DNA from: Leucoraja ocellata
Lineage: Eukaryota
NCBI GenBank assembly: GCA_036785375.1
Contig: JAWMAR010000035.1
Span: 6,138,001 to 6,202,000, forward strand
DNA length: 64,000 nt
Reading direction: 5' to 3'
A program made the position numbers and the translations under genes. Below are positions 12,621 through 21,900 of this stretch, piece after piece; positions within the stretch are counted from its first letter, which is position 1; every line of letters begins with the position of its first letter. The notes beneath the pieces were generated by a model, which saw only the letters and a program-made list of their open reading frames with translations, was not told where the DNA came from and made no database searches.

Positions 12621-13084
12621 TAAAATAAAGGTGGATCAGTCTAGAGTGCGTAAAACACAAGAGGCAAGGGTTACCTGAAACTGGAACATTCAGTTTCTAT
12701 GATCATACCAATGGGTTGTAGAGGATACATACAGGTGGAATGAGGTGCTGTTCCTCTGGTTTTGTGCCAGCCCTCCCTCTGGCATGAAGGCCAAAGTCAG
12801 ACAGGTTAGTGTGGGAATTGGAAGGGGAACAGAAATAGCATGCAAATGGGAGCTTATGATGACTAGTGGCTAGATTGCAGGTTCTCTACAAACAGGTCAC
12901 CAAGCCAGCACAGAAGTAGAAGAGGCCATGCCAGGGACACCAAATGCAGTAAACGAGGTTGAACTGGAGACTAGAATGAGATTTGAACTTGAATGCGATT
13001 GCAATTTTATGGTATTACTTTTTTTCGAAATCGATCATACTTTTTTCCCCAAGTAAAAAAAGTGACAAAAATCAAAATAGATTC

Positions 13085-13222
13085 ATGGAGTAACTCAGCA
13101 ACAGGCAGCATTTCTGGAGAATGCAGAAATCCATGTCCGCTAGAGATACTGCCTGACCCACTGAATCACTCCAGCACTTTGTTCTTTGGGTTGCTTTGTA
13201 AACCAGCATCTGCAGTTCTTTA
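13085..13222. mobile_element. Fold-back Penelope-tail mini-element
   Basis: TGGAGTAACTCAGC..AGGCAGCAT followed by its inverse ACTGCCTGACCCACTGAATCACTCCA, then the CAGCATCTGCAGTTC terminus. Confidence 0.65.
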
Positions 13223-13559
13223 TGTAGATGTGACCATCTTTATGTGGGCTGAAATGCCTGTTCCTGTGCTGCATCTTTCTATCCTAGCTGTCGTCCCCCA
13301 AGGGTGGATAAAGTGGCATAAAACGCCAGGTTTGATAATTTCTTGAAAAAAGCTCTGGTTTTCAAGAAAGCAAAAAGGCAGAGCAGAAATACCACACAGG
13401 AAATACTTCATTGATTCGTGGTTTTTGTTTCCGCTAAGTAGTGAGAACTGATTCTGGACGCAAAGATAAACCAGTGGGCCGAGGTAACTGAAAATAACCA
13501 GTGTTCTATTCATTAATGCAGCTTCTCAGAAATGCACCGCTAATATTTCAAGCTGCAAA

Positions 13560-14135
13560 TGGTTTCCCCACCTCCCCTGATGGCTCAGGTTCCAGTTTCC
13601 CTTCACCTCTCCCCATTATCACCTTTTTTACTTATCATTTTCTATTCTGAAGAAGGTTCCCGACTAGAAAGGTCAGTTATCCATGTTCTCCAGAGATGCT
13701 GCCTGACCTGCTGTATGTCTACCAGCACTGTGCAATTAAAAATAAAAATCAGATTCTAGCACTGGTGGCTTCTGTATTCCTGCTTATCACCCACCTAGTT
13801 GTCTCCACCTTTATCCTCCCTTCTGGCCGTTTCATTTTTTTTCCCTTTTATCTGCCTCCATCATCCTTTTGCCTCTTAATTCCCCTCTCCCCGCTCCCCT
13901 ACCTGGTTCCATCTGCCCATCTTCCCTCACACGTCTCTGTCCATAAAACACCCATTGGCCCCCGTCTCATAGCTCTTTCCCACCCCCTCCCCCCTTTATA
14001 AATTGACCATCTTCCTTTTCCTCTTACTGTTGTTAGGTTTCAACCCGAAACCTCAACAATTTCCCCCTTCTCCCCACAGATGCTGCTCGACCCATTGAGT
14101 TCCTCCCGCAGATTGTCCATTGCTCCAGATTCCAG
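13560..14135 (+). mobile_element. Two degenerate Penelope 3' ends with decayed hammerhead motifs
   Basis: CTGAAGAAGGTTCCCGACTAGAAAGGTC at ~13647 and CCCGAAACCTC at ~14044, each followed by the AGATGCTGC tail. Confidence 0.55.
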
Positions 14136-14247
14136 TGGGTCAGTTGAGAGACTGTTATCCTGGTTCAATGAATATCAAGATTACATTTCTCTTCCTCCCT
14201 CTAAAAAAAAGTCTGTTTTCTCCCCACACAGGGAACCCTAATTGGCT

Positions 14248-14464
14248 TGAAGATAGACACGAAAAGTTGGAGTAACTCGGCGGTGCAGGCAGCATCACTG
14301 GAGAGAAGGAATCGGTGCCTTTTCGGTCAAGACCCTTCTTCAGACGTCTTGACCCAAAATGTCAGCCATTCCTTCTCTCAGATAGATGCTGCCCATCCTG
14401 CTGAGTTACTCCAGCTTTGTGTCTATCTTCGATTTAAACTAGCATCTGCAGTTCCTTCCTACAT
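14248..14464. mobile_element. Fold-back hammerhead-centred Penelope derivative with 11-bp TSD
   Basis: ~95-bp inverted arms meet at the CTTCTTCAGAC/GTCTTGACCC axis. CCTAATTGGCT is duplicated at 14237-14247 and 14465-14475. Confidence 0.85.
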
Positions 14465-15111
14465 CCTAATTGGCTCCATTATTTCAACCTATGCAATACT
14501 TAGTTTTCATTTACAAAGCCACACAGGATGATGCATGTATGGCTTAAGTTTGTTAAAGTAAAAATTAAATGGTGAACTTCAAAATAAATTTGTTTGTTTG
14601 TAAACGCATTGCATCAAATTTAATTTTAAGATGAGTAGACACAAATGTTAAATTACAAACAAACTCGATTAGTCTTTAAACTTCTACCAGAATATTTACC
14701 AAATGCCCAGTGAAGATAAACAGTGCTCCGACTGGGTAGCTTGGCACAAAGGTTCATAATGCCTTCAACAATTAATGTGCTTGGATCCTTTCAGTTTATG
14801 TTTGGTTGTATAAAGTATTTGTTAAAATGCCTATCTAATTGGACACTTCAGAGTAAAAACATTCATGCAAATTGCAGTACACCACAATTGTTACATTTAA
14901 AAAGAAAAGAAAATTGCAATGAGTCAAGTTTATTATCACATGAACAAGTATAATGAAGTACAGGTACAATGAAAATCTTGCTTGCAGTAGCATCACAGGC
15001 ACACAGACACGGACAACGTACAAAACAAATTGTATATAAATTAAACAAAGTTCTGCAGGACAGTTGAAAGAAAACCAGATGTATAAAAACAAAGACTGTT
15101 ATATTTATTTT

Positions 15112-15788
15112 TTTTAATTCAATTTATTGTCATTGCACTTTTCAGTGCAACAGAATGGTTTAGCCTGTAGTCATAACATAGAATAAATAACAAACACTCA
15201 ACACAGTTTAAAGTCCCAAAGTCATTGTCTCTTCCCTCCTTGCTCTCCCTCTGCGCCGAGGCAATCCAAGCCTCCGATGTTGTGACCCCGCCGGGTGATG
15301 GTAAGTAAGTCCCGCGGCTGAATCCGTGTTCCGCAAACGGGCCGGTTCAAACTCCGGTCGAAGCTGCCGCCCTCCAGTCCAGCGGACGCAGCTGTAGTTG
15401 CGGGAGCTCCGGAAAACAGATCACCACCTGTGACTTGCGAGCTCCCGATGATGTCGTCCACTGGCCCGCGGCTCCAAAGTCGGGTCGGAAGTTGGGTCGC
15501 ACCGCAACCACAGCCCCGAAGTCGGCCAGCCTCGCGTTGGTAAGTCCTGGCTCTGCCTCCGCAGCCTAGAGGTCGGTCGCAGTTGGAGGCCGCCAGGAAA
15601 GGTCGCATTCCCCCCCCCCCCCCCCCCCCCCCGAAGGAAGAGTAAAAAAACATACCACACCCCCCCCCTCCCCCCCCACACACACAACTAAATAAACTGC
15701 AACAACGGGACAAAAGAAAACAAAAAACAGAGAAGACAAACGGACTGCAGGCGAGCCGCAGCTGCAAGACAGTGCCGCCACTTCCGGA
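15112..15788 (-). mobile_element. Non-coding GC-rich retroposon with a Rex1-type 3' tail
   Basis: Head CCGGAAGTGGCGGC...CTGCAGTCCGTTTGTC and tail ...AATGACAATAAATTGAATT. Segments are shared with 25178-25847 and 29101-29950. Confidence 0.6.
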
Positions 15789-18192
15789 CATGCATCTTCT
15801 GTAGCATAGGATTAACTTTAGTCTCACCTGGCATCCCTGAGTGCATTTCATTTTAGAAAGCACTGAACAGTAGAAAGGTTTTATTCAATTCCATTCTCTG
15901 TGGGCAGAGATGTTTGTGTGGGTGGACTTTTGTATCCCAACCATATCATTCTCTACTGTTAAAGCAACCTCCAAGTCAGTTCTCAAGTCCAATAAAACCG
16001 TTGCGTTCAAATCTTAGGTTCTCGCCCTGCCCCCCTCCCTCACCCCAATTTCTATATCATATCACTATTTGTCCTGCCCACCCCAAACACCTGTCCACAA
16101 TATTTTGGCACCTCCAGTCTCTGATTCTTCTATGTTTCAGGTCATCTCATCTCTCCTTTCCCAATTACTTTGGCAGGACAGCAGTACATTGATCTTTAAC
16201 TTTGCTGGAGCTTTGCACAACAATGAAATGGTGATCCTATTATGCTACACCTCTGGAATTCAGGATGTTTTGTTAGGAAAGAAAGCCGCCGTGCTTAAAA
16301 ATGTCATTCTAATATTAAACAGAGATGCGCCACTGACTGCACTACAGCAGCAATGAAATAGTTTAAGTGATTTCATCAATCCATGGCTCAATTTACATTG
16401 ACTGCTTGTGAAGGCCGGGAGAAGCTTGTGTGCTTTGTACCATAAAGAAATCTTCAGGCTGGGATGCTGTGCAGCCAAATAAAGAAAGAGTCAAGAATTT
16501 CCATCACATCCTGCAGGAGGTACTGAGGAGCCACGTGCTCTGAGCAGCTGCTGTCAATCCTCAACAACGTCCTGCATTCATCGCAATATCCATGGTGTAG
16601 CATCGAGCCCTGTATCTCATCACTAAGCAGCAGTACCACCAACACTGCCCGACACCAGGGCCCCACAGTGGTAGCCTCACACCGAGATGTATGGCGATAG
16701 GATCATCACTTTATCGTTGGTCTAGCATCAGCAAAAGGACGGGGTCACGTCAGGCTCCCATTTGTATAAGATTATGCATACCTCCCAGTTTAAAATCCCT
16801 CCTTGTAATTGTTTATTAATACCCAGTTCCTCCACATCGTTTCTAGTCTTTTTTCTAATCTACCCTTAATATATAAATATTGGATTGGCTCCAGACGATT
16901 GATTTGACATGGATTTTTAACAATACAGGTGATTTTCTTTCTTGAGCAAGGAATCCCATGACATTTTACAAAATGACTACTGCTTCTGACTGCTTAATGT
17001 TTTTGCTGTTTTCCTACAGTCCAAGCTAGGCAGGTATTTTGGTCAAACCAGTCAAAAAAACAGGTATTTTGGTCAAACCGTCCATACTGACCAAATTCCC
17101 CAACTCAGTCAGTCCCCCTTGACTGTGTCAGCCTCATAATCCCACAAATTCTTTATTATCCAAGTAGCTGTCTGTGTCCTTTAGCTATTGCAATTGTACC
17201 AACCTCGACCACTTCCACTGGCAGCTAGTTCCATCTGCACATCATCTTTATGCAAATTTTGTAAAATAGTGTTACAAATCAACTTTAATAATTTCCAAAT
17301 GAACTGGAATAGAGATTATAGTTCGAAATAATGACATGGACACTCCATATAGGTGTCCGCTGCATTAAGGAGTTGCATTCCTAGAAAAACATCCTTACTG
17401 CAATATTCTGCAACTTGAACATCCTCCCCCACCCCTGCAATATGCATTCCTACAGGATGACGTTCATTTTATTGGCAGGGACGAAGAAACAACAAATGTT
17501 GTTAATCGTGGGACAATAAGATTTGCCTAGGAGGGTTAGCAGTCACGGGCAGGTCCTTCCTTTGCCAAGCCCTGTCCGGTGCAAGGACATGTGAATAGCT
17601 ATCTCAGAGCGCAGTGCTGCCACAGTCGGCATCTGCACGGAATTCCGTCTGACGCCAAAGGCTTATGGATAAGGAAAGGTTTTAGATGATTTAACAATGA
17701 AAGGGATGGAATTTAGGCAACTGAAAAAAAAAAAGTACCGTGACTAAAAATCAATAAAGCATGTTGAGTCTTTGTCACTGCCAATAAAATGAAAAACATC
17801 CAACAGGAAAGCACGTTTGCATAAAAGCCAGGCGGGGGAGGTTAGAAGAGTCAACAAAGATTGTAAAACCAGCGGAAGGAATACAAGTGAAAGGGGACAA
17901 CGGGAGGGAAAAGGGGACAAGTGCGTGCAAATCCAGGTGGGGCACGGGGAATGGAGGGTGGAGGGAATAAAGGTAGTGGGACCCAGCCGGGGGGGTGGGG
18001 GTGGAAGAGGGGGACGAAGACAAAAATGTGTTGCTTTAGCATTTTGTGTTAACTTATTTTCTCTCCACGCTTGTTCCATAGGAGCAGAATTCTTTCCTCA
18101 TCTCAGTTTTGTAAATTTGATAAGAGAGAATTTGTGTGACATAAATGTTCATAGTGCGGAGTTTAAAAAAAGCCTGTGCTAACAAGTCATCA

Positions 18193-18319
18193 ACAAGTCT
18201 GAAGAAGGGTCTCGACCCAAAACATCATCCATTCCTTCTCTCCAGAGTCCCACTAAGTTATTCCAGCATTTTGTGTCTATCTTCGGTTTAAACCAGCATA
18301 TGCAGTTCCTTCCCACACA
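18193..18319 (+). mobile_element. Short hammerhead-headed Penelope derivative with 14-bp TSD
   Basis: Begins at GTCTGAAGAAGGGTCTCGACCCAAAACATC. CTAACAAGTCATCA is duplicated at 18179-18192 and 18320-18333. Confidence 0.85.
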
Positions 18320-18423
18320 CTAACAAGTCATCAGCTCAATTGTTCACAAACCTGAACATCCAGGATAAGATAAAGAATATTAACATTTGTATCACTTTCC
18401 TATTTAGAACCAAATGGAATTAA

Positions 18424-18957
18424 TAATTTCCTGGCAAAGAAGACGCTATTTTTTACCCAAAAATAAGGCGTGAAAATTTACCTGCGTCTTGGAGGCCGGA
18501 GGGTAGGTTGTTAGCCCAGAAAAATGGACTTGGCTATCCCTCAGTACAGCAACAAGAACGATATAGCTGTGCTAAGCGGCTGTAAAGCGGGAAGCGGCTG
18601 TAAAAGGACAGCACCGCTGGGGGGAGGAGGGAGGGGGGTCTGGCCCGGGTGAGCACAATCTGGGCTGCACAAATTGACTGGGCTGCCAGGGGTAAAGTTG
18701 CGGGGAGGGCAGAAGCGTTGAAAAGGAGGGGGTTGGAGATCTCTCCCCCTCTCCCCACCTTGCATCTCTCTCTCTCTCTCTCTCTCGTCCCAGGACCTGG
18801 AACTGCAACCAGTCCCAGGGCACGCAGGTGATGTTGCCGACCCCTGGACTAAACATAATCCTCTGATCCTGTCCCGCCATCCTTTTTTCAAAATTTTGCA
18901 ACTTAAATTGGAGGTGCGTATTCGACGCAGGTGCGGCTTCATTGCCGAGAAATACGG
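18424..18957. mobile_element. Tc2/pogo-like MITE, second copy
   Basis: The first ~200 bp and the right terminus (GCTTCATTGCCGAGAAATACGG) match 6589-7652. Confidence 0.85.
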
Positions 18958-18975
18958 TTCATACAACTTTCATAC

Positions 18976-19106
18976 CTGTTCTTTGACTGAAGCCAAAATG
19001 GTGGTTGCTGTGGTCTCAGACTCCATTGCGAGATGAGTGGGTGCTTCCCACATGGGAAGCTTCCCCTATTCCATCAATCGGACATTATCAGGAGCTGGCA
19101 TGTTAC
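18976..19106 (-). CDS. PKP4: PKP4 first coding exon (exon 2). ATG at 19101, in-frame TAG at codon 12, downstream in-frame ATG at 19026
   Basis: tttag|GTAAC ATG ... CAG|gtatga translates as MPAPDNVRLME*GKLPMWEAPTHLAMESETTATTILASVKEQ. This matches the recalled human N-terminus MPAPEQASLVEEG...MEPETTATTILASVKEQ. Canonical splice sites; adjacent to CCDC148. Confidence 0.92.
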
Positions 19107-19697
19107 CTAAACATGGGAAAACACAAGTTAATTCCTTCAAACAGTCTTTGTTTTTTCCTGGTGATCACAGCACAGAAAGCATATTATTTTTAAGCAAAGT
19201 TGAATTTAAAAGAGCAGGATATTTTCCCTTCTGTCATGGGTGCTTCTCTCAAATCCTGCTTGCAGGAACACAAAATAATTTCATCAAACAAGAATCATAA
19301 TTCCCCACAGGAATTATGCCCAGTAACACTGGCTTCCTCAGGCAGGCTAATAAACACTGCTTAGCGTATGCACCAGTACCATTCTTGCTGCCACTTCATA
19401 TATTCTCCCTATTTCCTCTTCATTCATTTTACATATAGGTCTTACCACAAAGCCCTGAATCTCATTCCCATCCCCAATTGCTCAGGTTGGTGGTGATCAG
19501 CTACCAATCTGCACAGAAACATTCCATCTAGTGTAGTTATGACAGTGCTGCAGGGCAGAGTGCTTCAAGGATCCAATCTGGAGGAGCTGTAAAAGTCAGG
19601 ATAATTTACAACTCGGAGGGGGACTTGCAGGTAATAATTTTTCCACATGTCTATTGCACTTGTCTACATTAGTGATGGAGGCTGCATGCTTGTGAGG

Positions 19698-20000
19698 TAG
19701 GGCGGCACAGTGCATGGCGGTAGAGTTGTTGCCTTACAGCGCCAGAGACCCGGGTTGAATCTTAACTATGGGTGCTGTCTGGACGGAGTTTGCACTTTCT
19801 CCCTGTGACTGCGTGGGTTTTCTCTGGGTGCTCTGGTTTCCTCCCACATTCCAAAGACATGCAGGTTTGTAGGTTAATTTGGTAAAATAGTAAATCGCCC
19901 CCAGTGTGTAGGATGGTGTTGGTGTACGGGGTGATCGTTGTACGGCACGGACTCGGTGGGCCGAAGAGCCTTTAAATATATCCACACGATATCTCTAAAG
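19698..20000 (+). mobile_element. HE1-like V-SINE, full length
   Basis: GGGCGGCACAGTG head, GGGTTGAATC B-box, V-domain, and tail GGACTCGGTGGGCCGAAG...ATCTCTAAA. Confidence 0.85.
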
Positions 20001-20427
20001 TCAATGGAACACAAGTAATGATGCAGAATCATCATCACTGCTTAACCAGTCAAAAAATGTTGAATTGGCTTATTTACCAAAATGTAACAATGAAATTGTT
20101 ACTTGCAGAAGCACAACAGGTTTGTAAACATTATTCAATAGATAATATAAACAAACAAAAGTTAAATAAATAAAACCTAATATAATGCAATACAGCATAT
20201 ACTGTAAGTGAATACACAAGCAATGGATTGTTACTAACATAACCTGCCATGTACCAGCACGGAATGTGTTCAATTCTGAGCAATACTGATATTGTAATTT
20301 ATCCAGGCAGGTGAATAAAAATAATTCCATGACATTCCTTCTGGAAAGTCTATGGAGATATACAGACGAATGACTCATCACAGGATAGCCAGTCTCTGTA
20401 CTGCTCTCATTATTGTAGTGATTGGAG

Positions 20428-21900
20428 AGTCAAGTCAAGTCACTTTTATTTCTATAGCACATTTAAAAAACAACTCTCGTCGACCAAAGTGCTTTACATT
20501 GATGGAGGTACTAACGTTATACAACATTGGTTCATAGATGCTATGTCTCTCAGAGGACATCAAGAAAGGCTTGAGAGTAAAGATTAGTTTTAAGTCTCGA
20601 CTTAAAAGAGTCGATGGAGGGGGCAGTTCTGATGGGAAGAGGGATGTTGTTCCATAGTCTAGGAACTGCAAACGCAAAGGCGCGGTCGCCCCTAAGCTTA
20701 TGCCTGGACCGCAGGATGTTCAGTAACCCCAAGTCGGCCGATCTGCGGGACCTGGAGGTAGTGTGGTGGGTTAGCAGACTATTGATGTAGGTGGGGGCAA
20801 GCCCGTTAAGGGCTTTGTAAACATAAAAAAGGATCTTGAAATGTATTCTGAACCGCACAGGGAACCAGTGGAGAGAGGCCAGAATCGGGGTGATGTGGTT
20901 TCTTTTTCGGGTGCCCGTCAGGAGTCTCGCTGCAGCGTTTTGGACCAGATGTAGGCGGGACAGGGAGGATTGGCTGATGCCAGGGTAAAGGGAGTTGCAG
21001 TAATCAAGGCGGGAGGAGATAAATGTGTGGATGATCTTTTCGAGGTCATCAAGCTGGAGGAATTGTTTTATTTTAGCTATCGTCCGAAGCTGGAAGAAGC
21101 TAGCTTTTACCACGGCATTGACTTGTTCGTCAAAGTTCAATGCCGAGTCAAATATAACGGCAAGGTTTTTGACGTGAGGTTTGAGTAATGGGGTAAGGCT
21201 TCCAAGGCTGCTTGCTATCACTTTGATTGAGTCTGAGGGGCCGAGAAGGATGACCTCAGACTTACTCTCGTTTAGTTGGAGGAAGTGCTGGGCCATCCAA
21301 CACTTTATATCCTCGAGGCAGTGGATAAGGTAAGTAGATTTGATCCATTTTTGGGCTTAAGGGGGAGATAAGAGTTGTTTATCGTCTGCATAGCAATGGA
21401 GGAAATGCCGTGCCTTTGAATGACTTGGCCTAAGGGGAGCATATACAGGGAGAAGAGAATGGGGCCAAGGGTGGAACCTTGTGGAACCCCACAGCAGAGG
21501 CTAGCTGGGGAGGAGAAAGAGTTGCATATGTTAGTCGAGATACTCCTACCTTTGAGGTAAGAGATGAACCAGCTCGGGGCATTGCCATCAATACCAACCC
21601 CATACTGGAGACGGTTTATTAGGATGGTGTGGTCGACAGTGTCAAATGCTGCGCTGAAGTCAAGAAGGAGCAGGATTACACAGTCGCCAGAGTCAACGGT
21701 GAGCAGTAGGTCATTATGTACCTTTAACAAGGCAGACTCTGTGCTGTGGTGGGCCCTGAAACCTGATTGGAAAGTTTCCGAGATAGTATTTTGGTGAAGG
21801 CAAGGCATAAGGTTACCTTTTCAAGGGCTTTTGAAAGGAAAGGCAGTTTTGAAATAGGTCTGGAGTTGCTTGGCAAGGTGGGGTCGAGGTTAGGTTTTTT
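20428..21900 (-). mobile_element. L2-clade LINE 3' half, relatively young
   Basis: [46 protein letters not shown] and SRLDYCNSL..QNAAARLL..HITPILASLHW..FKSRLKT motifs, with a (GACTT)n tail. Confidence 0.95.

Larger units (their letters stand above)
11670..12965 (-). mobile_element. Old Penelope-like remnant split by a SINE
   Basis: 12665-12965 is reverse-complement similar to the GIY-YIG segment at 30311-30560. 11670-12160 is the pyrimidine-rich 3' tract plus tail. Confidence 0.5.

Noticed and set aside
15222-15863. 213-aa ORF, and similarly the 246-aa ORF at 25173-25913
   Set aside because: Stop-poor GC-rich repeat sequence. The frames are not conserved between copies and contain no domains.
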